Assembly: GCF_011386835.1 (NCBI RefSeq)
Contig: NC_088808.1
Location: forward strand, 17,236,001 to 17,300,000
Source of the DNA: Chrysemys picta bellii
Lineage: Eukaryota
Direction of reading: 5' to 3'
DNA length: 64,000 nt
Shown here piece after piece: positions 36,700-48,589 of the stretch (position 1 is the stretch's first letter; each line of letters begins with the position of its first letter). A program made the position numbers and the translations under genes. The notes under the pieces were generated by a model. That model saw only the letters and a list, made by a program, of their open reading frames with translations, was not told the DNA's origin and made no database searches.

Positions 36700-38173
36700 A
36701 CTTAGGCAGGCTTGAAAGCATTGGCCTATAGCACTTAAGCTGGGCTGTCTGAAGGGTCGGGCAGATACTCCTCCATTTGTCACTTCTGGAAGACTTTGTA
36801 GCCATAAGAGCTAGAGATTTTGTTTTTTTTAAGCAACAGAGGGTCCTGTGGCACCTTTGAGACTAACAGAAGTATTGGGAGCATAAGCTTTCGTGGGTAA
36901 GAACCTCACTACTTCAGATGCAAGTAATGGCACATCTGGCTCTGTTGATTTTGTTTCTTTATTTCCTTGTGTGGGTATCATAGTTTTGAGAATGCTTGGT
37001 GAAGATCTTGTAGGTGTTGGTCTCTGTCTGAGGGGTTGGAGCAGATGCGATTCTACCTCAGTGCTTGGCTGTAGACGATGGATCGTGTGGTGTGACCGAG
37101 GTGGAAGCTGGAGGCATGAAGGTAGGCGTAGCGGTCAGTGGGTTTTCGGTATAGGGCGGTGTTAATGTGGCCATCGCTTATTTGTACGGTGGTGTCTAGG
37201 AAGTGGACCTCCCGTGTAGATTGGTCCAGGCTGAGGTTGATGGTGGGGTGGAAGCTGTTGAAATCATGGTGGAATTCTTCCAGGGTCTCCTTCCCATGGG
37301 AACTACGATACCCACACAAGGAAATAAAGAAACAAATCAACAGAGCCAGACGTGTACCCAGAAGCCTCCTGCTACAAGACAGGCCCAAAAGAGAAACCAA
37401 CAGAACTCCACTGGCCATCACCTACAGTCCTCAGCTTAAACCTCTCCAACGCATCATCAGTGATCTACAACCCATCCTGGACAATGATCCCTCACTTTCA
37501 CAGACCTTGGGAGACAGGCCAGTCCTTGCCCACAGACAACCTGCCAACCTTAAGCATATTCTCACCAGCAACCACGCACCGCACCATAACAACTCTAACT
37601 CAGGAACCAACCCATGCAACAAACCTCGATGCCAACTCTGCCCACATATCTACACCAGCAACACATCACAGGACCTAACCAGATCAGCTACATCATCACC
37701 GGCTCATTCACCTGCACGTCCACCAATGTTATATATGCCATCATATGCCAGCAATGCCCCTCTGCTATGTACATTGGCCAAACTGGACAGTCACTACGCA
37801 AGAGGATAAATGGACACAAGTCAGATATCAGGAATGGCAATATACAAATACCTGTAGGAGAACACTTCAGCCTCCCTGGCCACACAATAGCAGATGTAAA
37901 GGTAGCCATCTTACAGCAAAAAAACTTCAGGACCAGACTCCAAAGAGAAACTGCTAAGCTCCAGTTCATTTGCAAATTTGACACCATCAGATCAGGATTA
38001 AACAAAGACTGTGAATGGCTATCCAACTACAGAAGCAGTTTCTCCTCCCTTGGTGTTCACACCTCAACTGCTAGCAGAGCACCTCACTCTCCCAGATTGA
38101 ACTAACCTCGTTATCTCCATACTGATTTATACCTGCCTCTGGAGATTTCCATTACTTGCATCTGAAGAAGTGA

Positions 38174-38978
38174 AAAGAACAGGAGTACTTGTGGCACCTT
38201 AGAGACTAACAAATTTATTAGAGCATAAGCTTTCGTGGACTACAGCCCACTTCTTCGGATGCATATAGAGTGGGCTGTAGTCCACGAAAGCTTATGCTCT
38301 AATAAATTTGTTAGTCTCTAAGGTGCCACAAGTACTCCTGTTCTTTTTGCGGATACAGACTAGGGTTACCATATCTAATAAATAAAAAAAGAGGACCCTC
38401 CACGGGCCCTGGCCCCGCCCATTTCCCCACCCTTAGCCCCGCCCAACTCCACCGCTTCCCCACCCTAACTCCGCTCCCTCCTCCCTCCCACTCCCAGCCA
38501 GGGGGAAAGGGCTGCCCCAGCACTACTGGCTTCAGGGTTTGCCGGGCAGCCCCCAGACCCTGCGCCCCCGGCCGGCGCTTCCCCAGCGCAGCTGGAGCCC
38601 GGGAGGGGAAGCGCCCAGCTGGGGGCGCAGGGTCTGGAGGCTGCCCGGCAAACCGTGAAGCCGGTAGCGCTCGGGCTTTGGGCAGCCCCTATGCCTCCGG
38701 ACCCTGCGCCCCCGGCCGGGCACTTCCCCTCCCGGGCTCCGGCGGCACAGGGTCCGGAGGCACGGGGGCTGCCCGAAGCCGGTAGCGCTCGGGCAGCCCG
38801 GCTCTTAAACAGAGCCGAAGAGTCGGGGAGGAACGGAGCCGCCATTTTCCCGGACATGTTTGGCTTTTTGGCAATTCCCCCCGGACGGGGGTTTGACTGC
38901 CGAAAAGCCGGACATGTCCGGGAAAAAGAGGACGTATGGTAACCCTAATACAGACTAACACGGCTGCTACTCTGAAAC
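38174..38978. mobile_element. PLE-derived hairpin element nested in the hammerhead core of element B
   Basis: About 78-bp inverted arms (38174-38251, 38270-38347); 12-bp TSD ctgaagaagtga at 38162-38173 and 38979-38990; CCGAAGA-type motif at 38223-38262 (-). Confidence 0.9.
38361..38947. mobile_element. hAT MITE nested in the hairpin element
   Basis: TIRs TAGGGTTACCAT / ATGGTAACCCTA; 8-bp TSD atacagac at 38353-38360 and 38948-38955. Confidence 0.92.
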
Positions 38979-39109
38979 CTGAAGAAGTGAGGTTCTTACC
39001 CACCAAAGCTTATGCTCCCAATACTTCTGTTAGTCTTAAAGGTGCCACAGGACCCTCTGCTGCTTGTTACAGATTCAGACTAACAGGGCTACCCCTCTGA
39101 TACTTGTCC

Positions 39110-39452
39110 CTAAAGCAGTTGATTGGTGCCTTTTTAAAGAGCAGGGGCTGCAGACAGTCTTGTCTGACCAAGCAGCACGTCAGGGACACACGCACGCACG
39201 CACACCCTGCTGCTTTAAAAAACCTGCTCACTCAACTCCACTTGAAACAGGTCCCAACCCAGGGCAAAGGATTGGCGTCCGCAGCAGCCAATCACCAGCG
39301 AAGAGGCGACCACTCCCGGGGAGGCGGGTGGGATGATCATGAGAGGTGGTTGGTTGCAGCGAAGCCGGGCGTCATGGCTGAGAGCAGCAGTGCTCTGTGC
39401 TGGTGACCCCAAGGAGGTGGCTGGGTAGTGGCAATGCCTGTGAGCTAGCTAG
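39110..39452 (+). promoter_or_regulatory. MED22: Probable MED22 promoter and non-coding exon 1
   Basis: CCAAT boxes (attgg about 39122 and 39271, ccaat about 39288), CpG-rich, strong donor AG|gtgagt at 39452/39453; next acceptor ttcag| at 40024/40025. Confidence 0.6.
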
Positions 39453-40044
39453 GTGAGTAAAGCAGAACCCGCAGCATGCACTGCCCTCAGTGGCTGGTTC
39501 ATGGCAGGTTGCAGGTGGATGTACCCTGCTAGAGGGCTGTAAGTTAATACACAGTCGTGCCTCCAGTGCTGTAAGTTAATTCACAGTCGTGCTTCCAGTG
39601 CTGTAGTGTCAACACTCACTCCAGCAATCAGGCAGGCTACTAGGTACTAGAGGCCTTAGCGAGGGGATCTTGTTTCCTGTCCCCAGGGATGCTGCCTGGA
39701 AATATCTGTTGTGGACCCCCATAACTTCTCAGCTGATTTTTGTTGTTGTTGTTGTTTAAACTGTTGTGTAGATTTAAGACTGTCTGTATAATGGCCCAAT
39801 CCTGCTCTTGTTGGTCAGCGGAAGCAGAATTCCAGCCCTTACTGGTTAGAGTAGGGAGAAGAGATTGGCTTGGTGTGGTTTGGACTCCTAGTAAGATTAG
39901 GAGTTTCAGAGGCAGCATTTAGATAGGCTGGTGTAATGTTGTGATTGGAATTATTAGGATTTAATATGTTGTGCAGCCCCTGGGCTGGGGCTTGTAATAG
40001 GCTTTATCTTTTCCTGCCTTTCAGTTCCAATCTAATTTAACACA

Positions 40045-40167
40045 ATGTCCCAACAACGAGTCCTGCCTCAGAGTAAAGAAACCCTCCTACAGTCCTACAA
40101 CAAGAGGCTGAAAGATGACATCAAGTCAATCATGGATAACTTCACAGAGATCATCAAGACTGCTAAG
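40045..40167 (+). CDS. MED22: MED22 first coding exon
   Basis: [41 protein letters not shown]|gt. Confidence 0.97.
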
Positions 40168-40852
40168 GTGGGTATTTGAAAGAAGGCGAATGAAGTCAAT
40201 ACCCATTTGGTAATAATTTTGCTCAGAATGATCATTACACCCTCCAGGCTAGAAATCCCAATCCAGCTCACAGGAAAAGGCTGCATTTGAAAATTGAACC
40301 GTGAGATTTAGGTGGCTCAGAGAGATTCACCAGTTGAAGCTTTCACTTCCTGGAGTCAAATTCTGCAGTTATGCATCTATTCTGCATCTACGCCAAGCTT
40401 GGTCTTATTCTTCAATGAGGCTTTAATAGCTTTACAGGGGGTAAGAGTAGGTTGATGCCAAATTTGGCCTCCTGAGTTTTCAACAGTTATTTTTAGCAGG
40501 TTACTAGTGAACAGCTGCAAATTATGCTACTCAGTTTTCAAAAAACAGTCCAATCAAACAAGCTGGGAGTGCTGGAAAATCAGGGGTGGGAAGAATCAAA
40601 GAAGACAGTCGAAGGAAAACAGAGAGGTGAACAGCAATTGGTTAACATGAGGGAAAAGATGGGAGATCAACAAATGGTGCACTCTTAACCCTGATCCTAC
40701 CAAAAGCATCTACTAGATGGGATCAGGGACAAAAGCCCCTTTTATATGTGGTTTGAACTGAAACAAGCTATTCTTGAAAGTAATAACCTCTTCTGGGATG
40801 CAGGAATATTGGGTGAGCTGAAGACACGTGGCTTTTTTAAATTAATTTTTAG

Positions 40853-40933
40853 ATTGAAGATGAAACCCAAGTCTCTCGAGCGACCCAGAGTGAGCAGGAC
40901 AACTACGAGATGCACGTCAGAGCTGCCAACATC
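40853..40933 (+). CDS. MED22: MED22 coding exon 2
   Basis: tttttag|IEDETQVSRATQSEQDNYEMHVRAANI|gtaagt. Confidence 0.97.
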
Positions 40934-41566
40934 GTAAGTACAGCTTGTGCGCCAAGCAGGCGTGCTGCATAGCAGATCTTGTGTGCTCTGTGGTCCGTTA
41001 CAGCATCCGTGAGGAGCACTCAGAATACTAATGACAATTGCTGCGAGAGGTGTAATCATCACAGGGTGGCTTTCCCAGTGCAAAGGAAGGGAGCCATTTT
41101 TTCTGTTTGCTGTGGATTTCGCTTTGGGTTGGGACCCAAACTGATCAACTTTCACTTTTAGAGCTGCCCAGTTGTAACTGGTGAGGTCCCTGACTGAAAT
41201 CCTACTCTTGGCTTGCAATGTTAATACCTTCTTTTGCCTTTGGGTGGTGCCAAAACATATAGTTCTGGGTTTATACTACTGATGGCTGTGTTTGCCAGTG
41301 GAACAAAAGAACATCATTGTTCGTGCATAGAGTGCCAGAAGGTTGCATAGTGCCCCTGGTGTACATGTACAACTGTACTGTTCTAATGCATTCTTTCTCT
41401 GGTACTGCAGGCTTTTGGCTAGCATTTTAGCCAAGTTGCTCCCATGTTGCAAAGTCTGGTATCGGGGGTTGAGGGGGCAGCCCAGTAGATCATGTTGCAG
41501 ACCCTTGGTAAAGGACCCGAAGTCACTCTGTGTCCCTTTTGCTTAATATTTTATCCATCCTGCAAG

Positions 41567-41785
41567 GTCCGAGCTGGCGAGTCCCTGATGAAGCTTGTGT
41601 CCGACCTGAAGCAGTTCTTGATCCTCAATGACTTCCCCTCTGTGAACGAAGCCATTAACCAGCGTAACCAGCAGCTGCGGGGCGTGCAGGAAGAGTGTGA
41701 CAAGAAGCTGATCTCGCTGAGGGATGAGATTTCCGTTGACCTGTACGAACTAGAAGAAGAATATTACTCTTCCAGGTACAAATAG
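41567..41785 (+). CDS. MED22: MED22 coding exon 3 (donor at 41775; read-through ends ...SSRYK* at 41785)
   Basis: [69 protein letters not shown]; AG|gtacaaatag. Confidence 0.96.
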   Translation, partial: VRAGESLMKLVSDLKQFLILNDFPSVNEAINQRNQQLRGVQEECDKKLISLRDEISVDLYELEEEYYSSRYK

Positions 41786-44700
41786 GGCCATGGACTCCCA
41801 TACTAACAAGCCTCCTCTTGTCTCCAGCCCTTTCTGAGAAACAGGATAGGAGAGCAGATGGTCCTTAAGACACAAGCCTAAATGGATATTTCCCCTTAAA
41901 ATTCACACCTGTGTTTTTAATTAGATCAAACTTCTATAACCTAAAGCAAGCCATCGAGATGCTAAGCAGTCAGGCTGGTATGAGGAAGAGCCTTTTTCTG
42001 TGCCAGTTCTTTCACAAGTGTCCTAACTACATAACGTGCCTATTCCTTGCAGCTCACCACCACCAACTGTCTGGAATCTATTTAAAATGAACTAAAGGGA
42101 CATCATCAAGTAGCTTAGAATCAGCATTTTTCTGCCTCTAGCAGGGTGAGAGGGTTGGTGTGTTTTTTTGGAAAAGATACCCCTAATGTATCTTTTGTGA
42201 AATCTTTTTAAAGACTTTCAATAGAACATAGGTTCTGGTGGATACAAACTTTTTCTTCTTTCCTAATATGGTTGCAACCCCCAACCTGGCTAGTTAATGA
42301 GATCCAGTAAAGGAAAGTTTCCAGAATCAGATCTGAAAGTGACTAGTTCGGTTGCACTGTCCAAGGTCAGTGAAGTGCAACAAGTTAATCAACAGCATAA
42401 ATGGTGAAAAGCAAACTAGCTCTTTAAACTTCTTTCACTTTTAATAAGCTTTGATAAGCTGATTTTATTTTAGGGAATTAAAAAAAAAAAAAGTTTAGTG
42501 GTAGTTACAGATGCTCGAGTCAACTGGAACTTTGAAAATCGGGCCATAATTTACTGGTAATGCAGGTATTTTAGAAATAAATGTTAGCCCAACAGCGTCC
42601 CTTTAAAATTGATGCATTATTTTAAGAAAACTTACCTTTCATAGCTGGGAAAAGGAGAGCAACAATTATAAAAAGATGTCTTAGGACAGTGAGAGGCCCA
42701 GTAAATATTTTGGAAAGGGAGTTGAGTAGGGTTACACAATGCTGACTGATCTAAGCAAAAATTCAGGTCTTAACTGGGTCAGGACTTTATTATTTCATCA
42801 CTTGATAGACAACATCCACCGCTGTGCTGGCCGAACAGGGGTGTGTGAGGTTATGGTGACCCAAAAGTGAGCCTGTGGTGTGTGTATGTGACATTGTAAC
42901 CAGACGCTCTGGCATGTACACTTTTGTGGTTCTAAAATGGTTTATTTTAATCTTTGGACCAATGGGTTCTGACCATGCTGGTGTGGTCTCTTATCTACCT
43001 AGCTCTGAAACTGCACTAAGCCATCATTCCTAGCAGAACTACTGTCTAAGCAGGAGCAGGGGGGCTTTGTCCCCTCCCTCCCCTCATTGCACCAAATCAA
43101 TCCAGTCTTATTCTGTTTCTAATATGAAGTGCTCAGGTGGTGAGAAATCTTGCCTAGATTAGAGCTATAGTCTCTTTAATGACGCTTCATGTCCTGTAGC
43201 TGCACCTAATGTTTCATCCACTGGTCCTTGAGCACTTATTTCCTTCTCCTTCACGTGCCATCGGCTACAGATTTAACGCAATCTTTATTTCTGCACCAAA
43301 GAAATGTGAGTGTTTAAATAGACACAACAAGTGGCTTATTCAAAGTACTTTTATAGAGTCATAAGGATTTTTTTAACAGAATTTTACTGTCTGTGGAGAA
43401 AGAGGTTTCTATTTTGTATTAAACTACACATGGCTGTAGGATGTTAATTGTGTTTAAATGGCTGTAAATGCAAGACTCAGTATATACCTGGAGAGGGTGA
43501 CACGAAACTGATTCTGAGAGCTCAGCTGGGGGTCAGTAGCTGTCAACTCCTTGTACCGCCTAGGATCAGGCATATCATTTTGTTCTACAGTGGTCTGATC
43601 CTGCTCTCACTTAAATTGATGGGAGCTTTGCAGTTGACTTCAGTGGGAGCAGGACAGTAGGATTCCACACAACCACTGTTCCAAATTGTTCTCCCAATCT
43701 CTGGTTTCTGTTGGTGGCTTTTCACCATCCCCAATAGTTAGAGCTTAGAGTTTAACACCTGAAACATTGTTGTTTCCTGGCATCCCTTTGGGTGAAGCTG
43801 CAGAGTCTTGTATTCTCTGCACCCAGTCTGTTAGCCTCCGACTGGTCCCTGTGTATTGCTAGGGCCCACAAATCCTTGTGCAGACAAAACTCCTGTTGAT
43901 TTCACTGCTTGTCTGTGGGAGGACTATAGAATTAGACTCTGTTTTTGGGTAGGTGTCACCTGGAAAGGCATATTCTCACTCCCATCACAGTACCAGGGGT
44001 TTGGGAGACACTCTTGCCCCATATACTGGTAAATACTGCATGTCTGTAGGGTTTTTGCTAGTAAATACTGATTTCATGAGGAAACTTGCAAGCCAAGAAT
44101 CTTTCAAAGCAACTCATGTGCTTTTGTGTTCTAGGCAGGTGCCTTCCCACATGGTCCCAATAGTGTGGTTTGGGGGAGCATTTAATCCTAGCATCCGCCT
44201 CCCAACTTCTCCTTTGGGGTCACATCAAACAAAGCCTCAGGGCCTCTCCACTGTGAGATTGGATGGTGCCTTGCAGAGCCCCATGGCAACTATGAACTTC
44301 AGGTTACTGGCTGGAGAGCTGTAGTGTAAATTTTGAGGTCTATATAATTTGCGGGGCGGAGGGTTAAGGAAGGGAGGGAGGAGAAGGAGAGATGCCCACT
44401 TCCTTTCCAGAGCTGTATTCCACCCGGATGCTAGGCTGAAGAGTTCTTAGTAGTCCTCCTGTGTGAGATCTGCTGGACACCAGACCCTAGTGCTCTGGGA
44501 TCCAGTCATGAGGGGCTGAGATCCAGGAGAAATGGTTGGTGGATTCAGGACTAATTAGGCCCCAGTCCTGCAGTCCTTCATGCATACCTCAGTAGCAGCC
44601 TTGTTTTGCATAGGCACTGAAGGATGGGGTGAAAAGCCTTCAGACCCCAATGAAGGGACCTCACTTGGTGATGGTGCAAAAGCCCCAGATGCTAAACACC

Positions 44701-46514
44701 CACCCCTTCTCTCTAGCACACCTAGCGGGGAGACTGCTGGAAAAGAGATGATTTGACTTGGCATTGGGTGAATTCTCTGTAACTGCCAAAAACCAAGTGC
44801 TTTAAATCAGTGACCTCCTCCTGTGCTTATTCCCCAAAGCTGTAGCCCCGTGCACTCCAGCTTGCCTTATCCAGCCACCTGTGGCTGGAGCTCTGAATTC
44901 CTGGTTCACACTCCTGTCTCTCTGAAAGCGTGGCTTGGTGACTGGAGGGTGGGTTTGGAGTTCAACCTGCTAGACACGTCTCTTCAGTTCAAAGTGTTTA
45001 GTCTCTTTTTATATATATTTTACTTTTAAAATATTTCCCATAAATCTCTATTTGAGTCTATTAATGGTAAATAAAACAGAAACAAGAAAATCCCTGGACC
45101 TCTTGGGTTTATTTTGAACATAAGCTATTTCCTGTTACAGGACTCACTTCGGTCTCTGGGTGTCTCTTGCATGGGCAGCTCCTTCCTCTCTTCCAGCATT
45201 TTTTTTCCCTCTATTTTTATTTTGATTTATAGCCCTGCCACTGTGCATCCACCTCAGACTTCAGAGCAGGACCCAGGGCAATACAGGGACAAGAGATGGC
45301 CACTAGCTTAGGAACACAGGATTTGTCATAATTGTTCACCCTACTGGTCCACCTAATCTTATACCCTGCAGTGGTCAACCACTGTCACCTGCTTTTTCAG
45401 AAGAGCTGAGCACACACAATTCCTGTTGAAGTTAATGGGAGCTGCAGGTGATCAACACTTCTGAAAATCTGGCCAAAGATGCTGCAGGAGAAGGCATAAA
45501 TCTCCCATAAATCTTTGCCAATCTGGTAATGCTAGAGATGGGGGTGGGGGGTTTCCTGACCCTTACAGTGATCCTGCAGCATGAGAATCGATTGTCCTTT
45601 TCTTGGTGCACAACTTTTTTAGCTATTAGTCATAACACTAGAGCAGGGGAGAAGGGGATAGAGGCTTTGAGGTTTTTTTGGTTCTTAACAAAAAGAATGG
45701 AATGATAATCTTACAAATATAGACCTCCAAACAATTCAGTGACAATCTAGTAATGCTCCTTGAAAGAACTTAAAGTCCCCCCCCACCCCTTTTTTTTTTT
45801 TTTTTTTTTTTTTGCAGGGGAAGTTGTTTGGTTTTTTTGCCGCATGGTAAATCAAGAATAATCCTGACTCTAAACACTTACAGCCCAAACTTGTAAAAGT
45901 GGCTGCTGGTTTTTAGATCTTAGACCCGAGTGTGAAAGGTGCAAAGTATTCGCAGCTCCCAGCAGCTGGAGGTGTGAGCACACTCCGCTTTTCTAAAAAA
46001 TCAGGGTCAGGTGTATTAAGCTGGGCACCCAAAATCACTAGCAAAATTAGGGCCAAAGGGCCTGATTCTCCTCTCAGTTGGGTCCAGAGCTAACTCTCAG
46101 TGAAATTGCCAGGGATGAAATCCTGGCCCCACTTACGTGAATGGGAGTTTTACCATTGACTTTAATGAGGCTGGGATTTTGCCCCAGGTGTCTTTCCTTT
46201 GACTTGAATGGGAATTAGAGTGGACCCACATGCCAATTTCAGACTGGAGTAACACCGCTGGCTTCAATGACACGACCCCTGCTCCTTCCCAGGGCAGTGA
46301 GATCACACACCAGCCTGAGCCCTGTTAGGGAACATCAGTGTCATGAGACTCATGAAAAAGTTTATAATCCACAAACATTATGTCCATGGACGCTTTTGCC
46401 ATTTTCTTAACGCTTTGCTTCTGTCTTGCTTTCTCCCCTCCCCTCTTTTTTTCCCCCTCCCCTCTCTGATTGCACCCGCTGTCTCTCCTTACTGGGGTGG
46501 CTTGTTCTGGAAAG

Positions 46515-46713
46515 CTACAGTCTATGTGACACCAATGATCTTCCTCTGTGCGAAGCCTACTGGAGAGAAGACCCTGCCGTGCTTTCCCCCGAAGGCCTCT
46601 CCATGCCTCTGGCAGCTGCCACGGCCGAGCAGAGCACTGCGGCCCCTCAGAGCTCAACCCCATCGCACCCTCACGTGAACGGGCACGGGGCAGGCCCGAC
46701 GGAGCACTCCTGA
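46515..46713 (+). CDS. MED22: MED22 long-isoform terminal exon
   Basis: (S)YSLCDTNDLPLCEAYW...GAGPTEHS*, resembling human SSLCEANDLPLCEAY...GPGPTEHA; total CDS 612 bp (203 aa). Confidence 0.88.
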
Positions 46714-47404
46714 AGAGGACGCCGTGCCTGCTGAGCTGATGGAGTCTTCCCAGTTGCTGTATTGAGCCAACCTTCTCCCACTCCCAGAATACTGTACTGT
46801 AGTTGTGTTTGCAGGTCAGCTGCTGCCATTCACTGGATAGCAGCAGTGTCGTCTTCACCTCTTGAGCCACACCCGAGAAAGTGTTACCAGAGGGCTATGG
46901 TAGAAGTAATAGGCCAATAGGAAATTGACTGCTGTAGCAACTTTGAGCTAGGATTTGTCTTATGTTACCACAGGATGACTACATGTAGAGACCATTAGGA
47001 GCATGGAGTTTGTTTCCATGTGAATGCCAGGTTGGGAACATGTTATTGTGCTATGCAGGAATCGAGTGTATTCTGGTTCTGAATAGGAAATGTGGGTCAA
47101 GGTTTGGGGTGGGGTTTTTTTTCAGTATTTATTTCTTCCTAAGACTCAAGTTAATCAACATTTGCGTGCTTCCTATATCCGTACTCTCAGCCTCTTCCTC
47201 GGCTGGGGTGGCACTAAAATGACTTCTGCTGTAGTTTACAAAAATAATAACCTCCTTAGTATGTGTGTATATAACACTTTTCACCTTCAAGGTGCTCTGC
47301 AAACTTGAATCCCTGTGTTCAGAAACTACTGAGATGGGAGAGCTAAAGCTACCTGGACTCCTCAGAACACCCTTGCCACAGACGTAAACACTATTCCCAT
47401 TGAA

Positions 47405-47510
47405 GTGCAAGGGAAACTGAGGCAGCAGTGCAGTGACTTGCCCAAGGCTATAGATGGAGGCAGTGTCAGGGCCAGAATTAGAATTAAGGACACTCTGGCT
47501 CCCAAGTGGG
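47405..47510 (+). mobile_element. MIR/CORE-SINE remnant
   Basis: gggaaactgaggca...gtgacttgcccaagg CORE consensus motif; a similar remnant lies at about 27075-27110. Confidence 0.55.
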
Positions 47511-48446
47511 TGCTCAGATTACATGTTTCTGTCAAATGGTCGATGAAGCTGCTATGAAGATAATTTTTGGGGCAATTAGTGCTGTTTAATCAAAGACAGG
47601 GGGGAGAGTTGGGTGCTCATGGCTAAGAAGCTCTTTGGTTTCTTAGTTAAGAAGAAGCATTCTGTGCAGTTTCCTTTTAAGAAACCATTTCTGGTGCTTC
47701 AATCAAAGCTATCCAGCAGCACCTGGGTACTCAACTGTCACTGTCCTTAGTAGAGCTCTGTGTAGCTTGAAAGCTTTGTCCCTTTCACCAACTGAAGTTG
47801 GTCCAACAAAAGATATTACCTCACCCACCTTCTCTCTCATACCCTGGGACCGCTGCAAACAGCTTCCTCCATTCAGTCATTTAAGCTAATTCTACTTGTA
47901 TAATTGAAAGAAAGTATTTGAAATGGGATGTAACCATTACAGATCAATGTCTAAACATTGCAGAACTACTGTTGCACCCAGAATGCAATTAAGTCCCTGG
48001 TCAGTATTCTACTGTAGCTTCACACTTCTCTCTGGGGTTGTCCTCCCCCTCCCCCATTTATTTTGTAAGTGTATGGCTGAATAAAACGAACTTTGTTTTG
48101 TATAATTTTTAAAGGGTGTGTTATCAGCTGCAAGGGGAGGGTGACGTGAGAATCTTACGTGTGTGTGTGTAGTGGGAAGAGCATTTCCCCAAATGTTCCA
48201 AGCAAAACCCCACTCCAGCGCCTCTTCCCGCTGACACTGAAGTTGGGCTTTGTAGAAGGGTTGATTATTGCAGAACTGAAACGTGCAACGTGAAGCAGGA
48301 GGTCCATGGGGCTTGTCTGGGGAGCTGCCCAGGGACCTTCTCAAACGTTGCTGTGCTTTCTCACCTACATCGCAGGCCAGTGGTTTGACTCAGTCTGTGT
48401 GTTACATCTTGGGGGTCACAGATGTGAAATCCTGGTAACATGCAGA

Positions 48447-48589
48447 ACATTAGCTCAGTGGTTTGAGCATTGGCCTGCTAAACCCAGGAGTGTGAGTTCA
48501 ATCCTTGAGGGGGCAATTGGGGGATTGGTCCTGCTTTGAGCAGGGGGTTGGACTAGATGAGGTCCCTTCCAACCCTGATATTCTATGAT
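48447..48589 (+). mobile_element. tRNA-derived SINE with CR1-type 3' tail (turtle Pol III SINE type)
   Basis: A box tagctcagtgg, B box gagttcaatcc, tail ...ggttggactagatg..ggtcccttccaaccctgatattctatgat. Confidence 0.8.

Larger units (their letters stand above)
36831..39106 (+). mobile_element. Penelope-like element (B): inverted RT C-terminus plus GIY-YIG endonuclease, with nested insertions
   Basis: Minus 36931-37295: ETLEEFHHDFNSFHPTINLSL...HFLDTTV...LYRKPTDRYAYLHASSFH. Plus 37302-38040: YPHKEIKKQINRA...CNKPRCQLC...NVIYAIICQQCPSAMYIGQTGQSLRKRINGHKSDI. Confidence 0.95.

Noticed and set aside
36881-36921. Further hammerhead copy on the minus strand
   Set aside because: Core reads CTGAAGT (A9 mutated), so not listed as a ribozyme. 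Likewise 38979-39015 has CAAA for GAAA, and the right arms at 10887-10919 and 38270-38297 lack the first box.
48447-48530. tRNA-like A and B boxes
   Set aside because: No full cloverleaf; continues into a CR1-type tail, so it is a SINE and not a tRNA gene.
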